DNA of 64,000 nt. It comes from an uncultured Chloracidobacterium sp. (GTDB lineage: Bacteria; Acidobacteriota; Blastocatellia; Pyrinomonadales; Pyrinomonadaceae). Position 1 is the stretch's first letter; each line of letters opens with the position of its first letter. The translations under genes and the position numbers were made by a program. The DNA is taken from positions 15,111-79,110 of the forward strand of contig CAZIZR010000010.1 in NCBI GenBank assembly GCA_964543865.1, given 5' to 3'. A model generated the notes under the pieces. It had not been told where the DNA came from. It did no database searches and saw nothing but the letters and a program-made list of their open reading frames with translations. Of this stretch, positions 29,049 through 38,906 are shown one piece after another.

Positions 29049-30465
29049 TTGCGAGATTACTTAACTCCTTCAATACATCAATGTTTTTTGTAAAACTCGT
29101 TTCGAGCAATCCAAGAATTTCTTGGCTTGTATATTCGTGCAAATCTTCCGTCTTGTGCGGATTCTTGATGTCTAAATCATAGTTTCGGGCCTTGATCGTT
29201 TCGATGTGAACCTTCCAGCAAACTTCCGATTCCGTGCGGTTATTCCACCAATCTTTGATCGGCTGAAACTCTTCCGGACGGATCGATTTTGTTTTGCTGT
29301 AACTCTTTTGGCCTTCGGGCAAACGGTGTTCGTAATACCAGATCTCGCGTGTCGGCGTTCCCTTGTCAAAAAACAGCAGATTAGTAGCGACCGTGGCGTA
29401 AGGCTGAAAAACGCTGTTAGGGAGTCGTATGATCGTGTGCAGATTACAATCGGTTAGCAACTTTTCTCGGACACGCTGCTTTACGCCTTCGCCCGAAAGG
29501 CTGCCGTCGGGCAGGACGATCCCTGCACGGCCGCCCATTTTTAGGAGATTGATCATCAAAATCAAAAATAGGTCAGCACTTTCCTTTGTTCGATAGTTCG
29601 CGGGGAAGTTTTTTTCATTGTTGTTAGCAACAACGCCGCCAAAAGGAGGATTTGCGAGTATCACGTTAACCCGATCCATTTCCCGATAAGATGAAAGCGG
29701 CTGTTCCAATGCATCTCGGAAATCAGTATTTGGAACCTCGACATCGTGAATGATCAGATTAGTATTTGCGAGCAAATACGGCAGTGGCTTGTATTCCCAA
29801 CCGGATACATTTTGTTGGATCGCTCGAAGCGTTTCGATGCTGGTATTGTCCTTTCTCAAATGCTCGATAACGCACGTAAGAAAGCCACCCGTTCCCATTG
29901 CAGGATCGAGAACTTTCTCGCCGATCTTCGGATCGACCATTTCAGTTATGAACTGCGTAATAGCTCGCGGGGTGTAAAACTCGCCGCTCTTTCCAGCGCT
30001 TTGCAGATTCTTGAGAATACCTTCGTATATCTCGCCAAAGGCATGGCGTTCTTTGGCAACGTTGAAATCAAGTTCGTTTAGCTTGTTTAGAACTTTGCGG
30101 ATGTTGATTCCGCTTTTCATGTAATTGTTGTTGCCTGAGAAAACGTCGCGGACGATCAGTGCTCGTTTGTTGTTGCCGACGGGCAAACTCCGCAAGGTCG
30201 GGAATAATCTACGGTCGATGAACTCCAACAATTCGTCTCCCGTCATTCCTTCGTCATTTCCTGCCCAATTCTCCCAACGAAATGCTTCGGGAATCGCGGA
30301 GCGATAGCCCTCGTTAAGCAATTCCATTTCCTGCTCTTTGTCACAGTAGATCTTAAAGAACAGCATCCATCCAAGCTGTTCAATTCTCTGCGCGTCACCA
30401 TTAAGACCTGTATCAGGCCACATCAGGTTTTGAATTGATTTCAGAAATCCTGAGAGATTTGCCAT
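29041..30465 (-). CDS. hsdM: Type I restriction-modification N6-adenine DNA methyltransferase HsdM
   Basis: GEFYTPR, VLDPAMGTGGFL (SAM binding), ILANPPFGG (NPPF catalytic motif). Confidence 0.95.
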   Translation of the reverse strand: MANLSGFLKSIQNLMWPDTGLNGDAQRIEQLGWMLFFKIYCDKEQEMELLNEGYRSAIPEAFRWENWAGNDEGMTGDELLEFIDRRLFPTLRSLPVGNNKRALIVRDVFSGNNNYMKSGINIRKVLNKLNELDFNVAKERHAFGEIYEGILKNLQSAGKSGEFYTPRAITQFITEMVDPKIGEKVLDPAMGTGGFLTCVIEHLRKDNTSIETLRAIQQNVSGWEYKPLPYLLANTNLIIHDVEVPNTDFRDALEQPLSSYREMDRVNVILANPPFGGVVANNNEKNFPANYRTKESADLFLILMINLLKMGGRAGIVLPDGSLSGEGVKQRVREKLLTDCNLHTIIRLPNSVFQPYATVATNLLFFDKGTPTREIWYYEHRLPEGQKSYSKTKSIRPEEFQPIKDWWNNRTESEVCWKVHIETIKARNYDLDIKNPHKTEDLHEYTSQEILGLLETSFTKNIDVLKELSNLANV

Positions 30466-30467
30466 AG

Positions 30468-32855
30468 CTATGCAGAAATCCTATAAAGTTCGGTTTCCAA
30501 TGATCTGACAGCCTCGAGGTAATTTTCTCGTCCGCCAAACGTTTTGATTATCTCCACTGGCGAACCAAAACGATCAAACGGAACAACCTTTAGTACATCT
30601 AAGCTCTCAATGTTCTCGACACCTTCATCGGCATACTTTTCAAGTAATGCTTCAAGAACCTGTCGAGCATTGTCGCCATATTTCGTAAAGTAATTACGCT
30701 TCTTGACGTTATTTGCCCTTTCCGCACGAGTCAAAGGCGGCTGGTCGTAGGCGATGTGACAAATTAGGTCAAAGAGATCGAGTTTCTTATCAACTGAATT
30801 TAAAAGCTCGTCAATCGGCACCCCAAGTTTCTCAAGTTCGGTAACGATCGCTTCTTTCTTCTCGGCCTCATTCCACTTATTCAAGAAATCATTCAACGTT
30901 GCAAACTGCTCCCGAACCAAATCGCGTGTGTAGTCGGTCAGCTTTCGTGTGATCGGCTTTCCGTCTTTATCAAAAGCCAATTCACGTGAAACCAAAACAG
31001 AAACGTCAACGCCGTTAATGACAACCTTCTGCCGAGGCACGACACCACAGACCGAGTCAGGAGTACGAATCTCAGGCGGAACAAACTCAACCTCTTCTTC
31101 GGTTACATCGTCGATGATCGGTGTATCATCGGACTGTTCGTCGTCAATTAGAGTAGATAGATCGTCGTCCTCAGTGAGTTCCTTAATTCGAATTGGATCG
31201 CCATCAAAATCTTTGTCTGCGAAAAGGTCGGTCACATTTCGGAAATCAAGGATCGTGAAATAGAACTTATCGTACTCAGCATTTATGCGTGTTCCGCGAC
31301 CAATGATCTGTTTGAATTTGATCATCGAATTGATATTCGAATCAAGAACGATAACCTTGCACGTCTGAGCATCAATACCCGTTGTCATCAGTTCCGACGT
31401 TGTGGCGATCACCGGAAAACTCTCTTGAGGGTCGGTAAAATTCTCAAGCTCTCGCTTGCCGTCAAGATCGTCGCCCGTGATCTTCATCACGTATTTGTAG
31501 TTTGCTGCGACGAGGTCGGAGTTCTCTTTCGCAAGTTCCGAACGCATTCGTTCGGCGTGGTCGATATCAACACAGAAAACAATTGTTTTCGCGTACCGGT
31601 CAAAGCCCTTTAGAAACTCACTCACCTTTTTTGCGACAAGCGATGTTCGTTCTTCAATTACAAGGGTTCGGTCATAGTCCTTTCTATTGTAGATACGGTC
31701 TTCGACAAGTTCACCCTCAACATCTTTCTTTCCGAGCTCCGGCCTGTAGCCTTCGAGATCAACATTGGTTCCGATTCGCACAACTCGGTAAGGAGCGAGA
31801 AAGCCGTCATCGATTCCCTGCTTCAACGAATATGTGTAAATCGGATCACCAAAGTACTCGATGTTGCTCTCGACCTTGGTTTCCTTTGGCGTTGCCGTCA
31901 GACCGATCTGAGTAGCCGATTTGAAATATCGTAAGATCTCGTGCCAAGACTTGTCCTCATTGATGCTGCCGCGATGACACTCATCGACAATAATTAGGTC
32001 GAAAAACTCAGGCGAGAACTGCTGAAATATCTTACGGTCAGGCTCCGCTCCCGTTAAACCTTGGTATAGAGCGAGATAAACCTCGTATGATTTGTCCACC
32101 TTGTGATTTTGGACCACTGTCATACGGTCTTTGAAATGTTTGAAATCATTTCTCCGAGCTTGATCTATCAAGGCCGTGCGATCTGCGAGAAATAAGATGC
32201 GCTTTTTAGCACCGGCTTTCCATAATCTGTGGGCGATTTGAAATGCGGTGTAGGTCTTGCCAGTGCCAGTCGCCATAACAAGCAAGACTCGATTTTCTCC
32301 AGTAGCAATCGCTTCGATAGTGCGGTTGATCGCAACTTGTTGATAATATCGAGGCTTTCGTCCACTTCCATCGTCGTAGTAATCCTGTTCGACGATTCTT
32401 GTTTCATCTTGAGTAACGATGCCCTTAAAGTTCTTATACTTTTCCCAGAGTGCTTCCGGGCTTGGAAAATTCTCGTTGTCGAGAATTGTCTCAATCTGAT
32501 CTCCGCTTGCCGTCTTATCATGAAAGACAAATCCATCACCGTTGCTACTGAAGACAAATGGTATGTCGAGAATCTGCGAGTAATCTAAAGCCTGCTGTAA
32601 TCCTGAGTGAATCGAATGCTTGTTATCTTTCGCCTCGATGATCGCGATAGGAATATTCGGTTTGAAATAAAGAATGTAATCCGCACGTTTAGCCGTTCCG
32701 CGCATATGCAGTCGGCCTTTTACAAGAATCTTGCCGTCAGTAAAGGAAACTTCCTCAAGAAGCTGAGTTTGCACATCCCAACCCGCCGCCACTACAGCGG
32801 GAGTTATGAACTTTGTGCAGATATCGCGCTCTGAGAGAGATTTCTTATCGACCAT
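30468..32855 (-). CDS. hsdR: Type I restriction enzyme endonuclease/translocase subunit HsdR
   Basis: N-terminal nuclease region (ADYILY...IIEAK), helicase motifs MATGTGKT, DECHR, LTATP and QIIGRGTR. Confidence 0.95.
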   Translation of the reverse strand: MVDKKSLSERDICTKFITPAVVAAGWDVQTQLLEEVSFTDGKILVKGRLHMRGTAKRADYILYFKPNIPIAIIEAKDNKHSIHSGLQQALDYSQILDIPFVFSSNGDGFVFHDKTASGDQIETILDNENFPSPEALWEKYKNFKGIVTQDETRIVEQDYYDDGSGRKPRYYQQVAINRTIEAIATGENRVLLVMATGTGKTYTAFQIAHRLWKAGAKKRILFLADRTALIDQARRNDFKHFKDRMTVVQNHKVDKSYEVYLALYQGLTGAEPDRKIFQQFSPEFFDLIIVDECHRGSINEDKSWHEILRYFKSATQIGLTATPKETKVESNIEYFGDPIYTYSLKQGIDDGFLAPYRVVRIGTNVDLEGYRPELGKKDVEGELVEDRIYNRKDYDRTLVIEERTSLVAKKVSEFLKGFDRYAKTIVFCVDIDHAERMRSELAKENSDLVAANYKYVMKITGDDLDGKRELENFTDPQESFPVIATTSELMTTGIDAQTCKVIVLDSNINSMIKFKQIIGRGTRINAEYDKFYFTILDFRNVTDLFADKDFDGDPIRIKELTEDDDLSTLIDDEQSDDTPIIDDVTEEEVEFVPPEIRTPDSVCGVVPRQKVVINGVDVSVLVSRELAFDKDGKPITRKLTDYTRDLVREQFATLNDFLNKWNEAEKKEAIVTELEKLGVPIDELLNSVDKKLDLFDLICHIAYDQPPLTRAERANNVKKRNYFTKYGDNARQVLEALLEKYADEGVENIESLDVLKVVPFDRFGSPVEIIKTFGGRENYLEAVRSLETELYRISA

Positions 32856-32965
32856 TTCTCAAACCTAATAGATTTTGAATTGGTTGGATAATACCACAGA
32901 AATGCCGATAGATTGATGTCTTACCAATCAATGATGAACGGGATTAAGCGTCTGATCGAATCACA

Positions 32966-33961
32966 TTACGCGATCCATTTTTCGGTCATGTCGCACCAGA
33001 TGACGAGGCCTTGCCAGGAACCGAATTTTTTGTAGTGGCGGTGGATCTTGCTGTCTTTGCAAACCTTTTCGCGATTGTGCTTTTTGTAGAATTGCGAACG
33101 CAGCCAACTGTCGAGTGCAAGGCCGTCGTAACGGCCGACGAGCTTGAGCAGATTTTCGGCGGCGTAATCGCCAACGCCTTTGACGCGTTTCATCTCTTTT
33201 TTGAGATCGGCGGTGGATAGATCAGAGCGGAGCCACGCCTCAGGGTCGAGTTCGCCACTGACGACAGCCTGAGCCATCTCGACAAAATACGGCGAGCGGT
33301 AACCGGCCTTGATCTCGGTGCGGTAAAACGTTTCGTCAACCGCGGCCATTGCCTCGGGTGTTGGGAATGCGTTGAGTGTGGGAAAGGGATTATTTATGCT
33401 TCCACCCGCTACCGCAGGTGGTTCTGACTTTGGGCCACGCGCTGTTTTCACCACCCCGTCAGCCGAAGACGGCTGCCACCCCTCCTCAGTCGGGAGGGGA
33501 GCTTTAGAACCTAATTTTTCGACGAGGTTTGCGACCATTATTTTTGTCAGCCCCCACGAACAATTTGTCGTGCAGAGCGTTTTTACGAGATCCTCGAATA
33601 CGGTTGCTGAGCGGAGCAAGCGGCCCGCGGCGTTTGCCGAAACCCATTCGAGCCCCGCGTGTCCGTCGATCGTTTGGTAAAAATGGCCGAGATCGTCATC
33701 GAGCCTCAATAAATGCCGGACGGTCTTTTCTACGCTTGCGGTATCGGCCCCAGAATTAGCCAGATCGATCCGCAGACGGCAGCCCTCTTCGCTAATGATC
33801 CCCGGCGTGTGTTCGCCCGGTTTTTTTCCCGAAAATACATAGCTTAGCCGCCAATTTACGTCGTCAATGGCAAATGGATGCAGCTCGCACCAGCCGTGGC
33901 TATAGATCGTCGCCCTAAAGCTAAAATTTGGCGGAGTGTCGATAAATATTGTCTTTGGCAT
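32966..33961 (-). CDS. HhH-GPD superfamily DNA glycosylase (AlkA/Ogg-like) with an apparent internal low-complexity insert
   Basis: HhH-GPD signature MKRVKGVGDYAAENLLKLVGRYDGLALDSW. The insert region EEGWQPSSADGVVKTARGPKSEPPAVAGGS is encoded by three GC hairpins. Confidence 0.7.
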   Translation of the reverse strand: MPKTIFIDTPPNFSFRATIYSHGWCELHPFAIDDVNWRLSYVFSGKKPGEHTPGIISEEGCRLRIDLANSGADTASVEKTVRHLLRLDDDLGHFYQTIDGHAGLEWVSANAAGRLLRSATVFEDLVKTLCTTNCSWGLTKIMVANLVEKLGSKAPLPTEEGWQPSSADGVVKTARGPKSEPPAVAGGSINNPFPTLNAFPTPEAMAAVDETFYRTEIKAGYRSPYFVEMAQAVVSGELDPEAWLRSDLSTADLKKEMKRVKGVGDYAAENLLKLVGRYDGLALDSWLRSQFYKKHNREKVCKDSKIHRHYKKFGSWQGLVIWCDMTEKWIA

Positions 33962-34207
33962 AGAGGCTTTGCGTGCAGATCAAAAGAAAATTTACGTTTC
34001 TTTACATTTTGTCGGCTAACGCAGTATATTCTACGTCTAAATAAAGTAGAAAATACCTCGTAAGTTTTCATCGGAATAAAAGTATTGTTTTTTACGGGGA
34101 GATATTGTATATTCGTAATGTTAAACAAATTTGAACGGATTACTTTCTCGCCCCGTTCTTCAGCCTAGTACATTTTGATGGTTTGTTCCCTGACAGGAGG
34201 AAATGGT

Positions 34208-36520
34208 ATGAAAAGCACGATCTCGCGATATTTAACGCGAATTGCGGCTATGTCTTTGCTTGTTGTTTTGACCGGCGTTTTGGCGTTTGGGCAACGAGGT
34301 GGCAGAGATGAAAATTTTGAATCGCCGACGCCGGTTTTGCTGAGCGACATAAATACAAAACGTGCCGTCGCACAGACCGGGCGGGTCTCGCGTAAATTTG
34401 ACGCGTCAAAGATCACCGCTCAGGCGTATCAGCCCGGTTCAAAGATCACGCTGTATGTCGGCGACCTGGCGTTAATGGCCGGCGAAGGCGCTAATGCGCT
34501 GCGAGTATATGCCCAGGACAACCGCGGCTATATGTACCGTTTTCCTGTGCTCGACCTGCAAAGAGTAGATGGTGTGCAAAATATCCACGCCATGACGGTC
34601 CTGTTAAAAGATGAGGTCGGCTATTACGCACCTCCGGCAGCGGATGGTGACCTAATTATTTACGTCACATGGCGGGGGCTCGCCAGCAACAAAGCTCTGC
34701 TCGGGCTAGGCAAAATGGGCGGCGAGGTCAAAGCGGCATCTTCGCTTACGTCTGCACCAGAGGCAGTGATAACGGGCGGACGCGCCGGCGACCGTCAGCG
34801 TTTTATGGAACAGGCCGGATTTGGCCCGACGCCAACGCTAGCCGAGCTGCCGAGCGGAACGAAGTTGAGCAAGTGGATCGCCGGACAGTTTGCGGCTCCT
34901 TATCCGTCAGTATCAAATCCATATCCGGTGATCGCTCTCCAACCAATTAACCCACCAACTAATTGTGACGGCCCGAATGGCGACACCACGGTGGTGGACC
35001 TGTATCCTACGTGCTTTCTCGATTCTTATTCACAATATCCACTACAGTCATGGAACTCAAAAGAGATGCTCTATGGCGATAATCAGCTGCGGCATAAGGT
35101 CTCATGGGCCTTGAGCCAGATCTGGGTCACGTCTGGAGTTGACATCCAGCAATCCAGACACATGATCGAGTGGCACAAGATATTGTCTAACAATGCTTTT
35201 GGCAATTTCCGCGATATTATGGGCCCGAGTGCGGCAAACCCAAACAATGGCGGGATCACGCTCAACGCAGCAATGGGTGATTATCTGAGCATGGAACAGA
35301 GCACCCGGACAAATCCTAACGAGAACTTTGCCCGCGAGATCTTACAGCTATTTACGATCGGGCTGTTTAGGCTTAATCCGGACGGCACGGTCATGTGTGT
35401 TGAACATAACCCATGTCAGCCCGGCGACACAAAGGTCGATACCTATGATCAAAATGTCGTAAATAATTTCACAAAGGTATTTACCGGCTGGAAATTCTGT
35501 CCTAATGGTAATGCTGCCTGCCCAAATGCTGTAGCCGGCACCGTCAATTACGTCGATCCGATGATAATGACCGTGTCTACAAATCACGACACTACCGCAA
35601 AGACGCTATTGACGGCCTCAGCATCTTCGTCGAGTGTCCCCGCATGTACTAATTGCACCGGCGGCACGACGGCTGTCAACCTTGCTAATACGCAAGCATA
35701 CGCCCGGACATCGATGATCACGGCTCTCGACAATATCTTTAATCACCCTAATGTTGGGCCGTTTATCGGCAAGATATTGATCCAGCAGATGGTAACGAGT
35801 GACCCGACACCGGCGTATGTCGGACGCGTGGCTGCTGCTTTTAATAACAATGGACAGGGCGTTCGCGGCGATATGAAAGCGGTCATTTCGGCTATACTCC
35901 TCGACCCCGAGGCACGCGGCAACGCAAAGACCGACCCGAATTATGGCAAGCTGCGTGAGCCTGTTCAGTTTGCGGCAAATTTCATGCGTGCAATGAACGT
36001 GCAAAATGCAGCACGTAACGGGCAGAGCGACGGTGTATTTACATTTCGCGGCGTATATACGGGCATGGGACAGACGCCTTTCCGGTCGCCCACGGTGTTT
36101 AATTATTACCCGCCTGATTTCGTGATCCCTGGCACGGCTGTGCTCGGACCCGAGTTTGCCCTTATGACAACCGGGACGACAATTGCGCGAATGAACTTTA
36201 TTAACACGATGGTCGAATGGACCGCGAGCGGCGCTTCGGGAAGTGTTCCGTTTCCTGTAAATACCAGCGTATTAGCATGGACCCCCTCGGGCACAGCTCT
36301 TACTTTCACGGACCTCCAAGCGTTGGTTGCGGCCGACACGACCGGCAATACGCTCATGGACGAACTAAACAGCCGTATGATGCACGGGACAATGCCGGCG
36401 GCAATGCGGGCGTCGATCCTCGGTGCGGTTACTCCAATAACGTCAACGGATACGATCAACCGAGTTCGAACGGCAGTTTATTTGACCGCAACATCGGCTC
36501 AATATCAGGTACAGAGGTAA
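34208..36520 (+). CDS. DUF1800 domain-containing protein
   Basis: RBS ggagga lies before ATG 34208, followed by a signal peptide. NENFAREILQLFTIGL and surrounding DUF1800-type motifs. Confidence 0.75.
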   Translation: MKSTISRYLTRIAAMSLLVVLTGVLAFGQRGGRDENFESPTPVLLSDINTKRAVAQTGRVSRKFDASKITAQAYQPGSKITLYVGDLALMAGEGANALRVYAQDNRGYMYRFPVLDLQRVDGVQNIHAMTVLLKDEVGYYAPPAADGDLIIYVTWRGLASNKALLGLGKMGGEVKAASSLTSAPEAVITGGRAGDRQRFMEQAGFGPTPTLAELPSGTKLSKWIAGQFAAPYPSVSNPYPVIALQPINPPTNCDGPNGDTTVVDLYPTCFLDSYSQYPLQSWNSKEMLYGDNQLRHKVSWALSQIWVTSGVDIQQSRHMIEWHKILSNNAFGNFRDIMGPSAANPNNGGITLNAAMGDYLSMEQSTRTNPNENFAREILQLFTIGLFRLNPDGTVMCVEHNPCQPGDTKVDTYDQNVVNNFTKVFTGWKFCPNGNAACPNAVAGTVNYVDPMIMTVSTNHDTTAKTLLTASASSSSVPACTNCTGGTTAVNLANTQAYARTSMITALDNIFNHPNVGPFIGKILIQQMVTSDPTPAYVGRVAAAFNNNGQGVRGDMKAVISAILLDPEARGNAKTDPNYGKLREPVQFAANFMRAMNVQNAARNGQSDGVFTFRGVYTGMGQTPFRSPTVFNYYPPDFVIPGTAVLGPEFALMTTGTTIARMNFINTMVEWTASGASGSVPFPVNTSVLAWTPSGTALTFTDLQALVAADTTGNTLMDELNSRMMHGTMPAAMRASILGAVTPITSTDTINRVRTAVYLTATSAQYQVQR

Positions 36521-36525
36521 AAACT

Positions 36526-38037
36526 ATGACACAAGACAGACGTGAATTCTTAATAAAGTCATGCGGTGCATTGAGCATGGGAGCTATCGCGACCCAGGTG
36601 GGACACCTCGGCCTGATGAGTGCTTTTGCACAATCCGGCAAAAATGATCTCGTCGAAGTACCCAGTGATTATCGAGCCTTGGTCTGCATTTTTATGCAGG
36701 GCGGTAATGACGGAAACCAGATGATCATCCCAAATCATACGGTCGGGTCATCTAACACTTGGGATAATTACAATGCTGCCCGTGGTATTCAAGGGCTGGC
36801 TTTGACACAAGCCCAGCTTGCGGGTACGACTATTCAGGTTCCGAGGATCGGCAACCTGGATTATGCGTTGCACCCGAGTTTTGGCGGCGCGGGCGGGCTG
36901 CATGAACTTTGGGCCCTCGGAAAATTGGCGGCGGTGACAAATGTAGGGACGCTCGTGCAGCCGACGACACGCACCACTTATTTAAATAATTCAGTACCAA
37001 AACCATTTCAGCTCTTTTCGCACTCTGATCAGGTTTCTCAATACCAGGGCGGACGCAGCGATACACAATCATTCACCGGTTGGGGCGGGCGTATCTCCGA
37101 CCTAAGGCATGCGATCGATAATCCGCCTCCTTTTGCCCTAGTCCCGATGATCACGTCGATCGCGGGGGCACAGCTATTTACCGCCGGACAATCAACTCTT
37201 CCGATGGCGATAGCAGCCGCTCCGACGTCCCTTGCAACCGTACTGGCTCCATCAGGGTTTAATCTGCCGTCTGCGCCGACAGGAAATAATCTGAACAGAT
37301 ATAACGCATTAAAAGCGTTGCGGGATCAGGCCCGGCTTGACCCTTCGAAATATATCGATGCGGCTGGCGATGTGACCAAACTCGCGATGGACGCTAATGA
37401 TGCACTACAGACGAATCTGCCGGTGACCTCGGTAGCATTTCCAACCACTTCGATAGGCAACCAGTTAAAGCAAGTTGCCCTGATGATCAAGAAACGGACC
37501 GACCTCTCGATGAATCGTCAGATCTTTTACGTGCAACTAGGAAGCTTTGACACTCATACCGGCCAACTTACGACACAAGTTACGCTTTTACAGCAAATGA
37601 GCCAGGCGATGCGTGCATTTTATGATGAAATGGTCGCTCAGGGCATCAGTGACAAGGTTACGCAATTTACAATGGCCGATTTCTCACGGACACTCAATCC
37701 AGCAGGAACAGGTGGAACCGTCGGCACCGATCACGCTTGGGGCAACCATATGTTGGTCGTTGGCGGCGGCATTACCGCAAGCGATTTCTATGGCCGTAAC
37801 GGAGCCAATGGAACACCATTTCCTCAGCTTTCGTTTAACACGGCCGACGACTCGGACAACGGCAGCGGAGCACGCGGCCGTTGGGTTCCCGCCACCTCGG
37901 TCGAAGAGTATTGTGCGACCCTAGCTAGATGGTTCGGAGTACCGTCAGCAGATATGGCGACGGTATTTCCTAAGATTGTTAACTTCACCCAAGGGATCAA
38001 TACCGACCTCGGATTTATGCAACCGCCGGCTCCCTAA
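36526..38037 (+). CDS. DUF1501 domain-containing protein (sulfatase-fold, Tat-exported)
   Basis: Tat-like MTQDRREFLIKS, then FMQGGNDGNQMIIP, LFSHSDQ, GSFDTHTGQ and GTDHAWGNH. Internal ATG chosen because the 36217 start overlaps DUF1800. Confidence 0.8.
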   Translation: MTQDRREFLIKSCGALSMGAIATQVGHLGLMSAFAQSGKNDLVEVPSDYRALVCIFMQGGNDGNQMIIPNHTVGSSNTWDNYNAARGIQGLALTQAQLAGTTIQVPRIGNLDYALHPSFGGAGGLHELWALGKLAAVTNVGTLVQPTTRTTYLNNSVPKPFQLFSHSDQVSQYQGGRSDTQSFTGWGGRISDLRHAIDNPPPFALVPMITSIAGAQLFTAGQSTLPMAIAAAPTSLATVLAPSGFNLPSAPTGNNLNRYNALKALRDQARLDPSKYIDAAGDVTKLAMDANDALQTNLPVTSVAFPTTSIGNQLKQVALMIKKRTDLSMNRQIFYVQLGSFDTHTGQLTTQVTLLQQMSQAMRAFYDEMVAQGISDKVTQFTMADFSRTLNPAGTGGTVGTDHAWGNHMLVVGGGITASDFYGRNGANGTPFPQLSFNTADDSDNGSGARGRWVPATSVEEYCATLARWFGVPSADMATVFPKIVNFTQGINTDLGFMQPPAP

Positions 38038-38148
38038 AAAAGATCTTGGAGTGATTTCTTTGAAACGAGAGGCTATTTTGCCTCTCGTTTTTTTGTAAAA
38101 AGTAGTTTTCTTGAACTTTACCGCCACAGGCCATAAACTAGAGAACAC

Positions 38149-38847
38149 GTGAACCTGCCTAATTACATAACGCTTGGGCGTATTGTCGTCGTGCCGCTGC
38201 TCGTCGTGGTGCTGCTGACGCCTGTAGCAGAGCGTTGGTTTGGCATAAATGCCTATGCGCTGGGGATCGTCCTGTTTTTGATCGCGGCACTGACCGATAT
38301 TGTTGACGGTCAGCTTGCCCGACGGCGAAATCAGGTCTCGACGCTGGGTAAATTCCTCGACCCGATCGCCGATAAGCTGCTGATCTCTGCCGCCTTGATC
38401 GTGCTGGTCGAAAAGCACCTAGCCCCGTCGTGGGCGGTTGTCGTGATCCTAGGCCGCGAGTTTATCGTCACGGGATTGCGATCCGTCGCCGCCAGCGAAG
38501 GCATCGTTATGCAGGCTCAGAGTATGGGCAAGCTCAAGATGTGGGCACAGTGCATAGCCGTCGTTGCTTTGCTCGTTGCCGCAGCTAACGGCCCGCCGCC
38601 GGTGTCAAACTTTGGACTCGAATATCCGGCATTTTTCTGGCAGGTCGCCGAGGTGCAAACCGCATTTAGCGATCTTGCAAAAATGACGATCACGTCAAAT
38701 GATTGGAAAGTATTTGGCTATCTGGTCGGTCGCGGTGCCCTGTGGGTTTCGGTGATCACGGCTCTCTGGTCGATGTACGATTATTTCGCTTTCTTTTTTA
38801 CCGAAAGCCGCAAACGCAGGCAGGGTTCCATCGACGATACAAAGTAA
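38149..38847 (+). CDS. pgsA: CDP-diacylglycerol--glycerol-3-phosphate 3-phosphatidyltransferase
   Basis: CDP-alcohol phosphatidyltransferase motif DIVDGQLARRRNQVSTLGKFLDPIADK. GTG start. Confidence 0.85.
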   Translation: MNLPNYITLGRIVVVPLLVVVLLTPVAERWFGINAYALGIVLFLIAALTDIVDGQLARRRNQVSTLGKFLDPIADKLLISAALIVLVEKHLAPSWAVVVILGREFIVTGLRSVAASEGIVMQAQSMGKLKMWAQCIAVVALLVAAANGPPPVSNFGLEYPAFFWQVAEVQTAFSDLAKMTITSNDWKVFGYLVGRGALWVSVITALWSMYDYFAFFFTESRKRRQGSIDDTK

Positions 38848-38906
38848 AAAGGCAAAGCCGGAACTCTCCGATTTTGCCTTTTGCCTTTTTACTTTTTATC
38901 TAGTTT

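Noticed and set aside
36217-36525. Upstream extension of the DUF1501 ORF (start at 36217)
   Set aside because: It would overlap the DUF1800 gene by 300 nt. The internal ATG at 36526 gives a canonical Tat-type signal (DRREFL).
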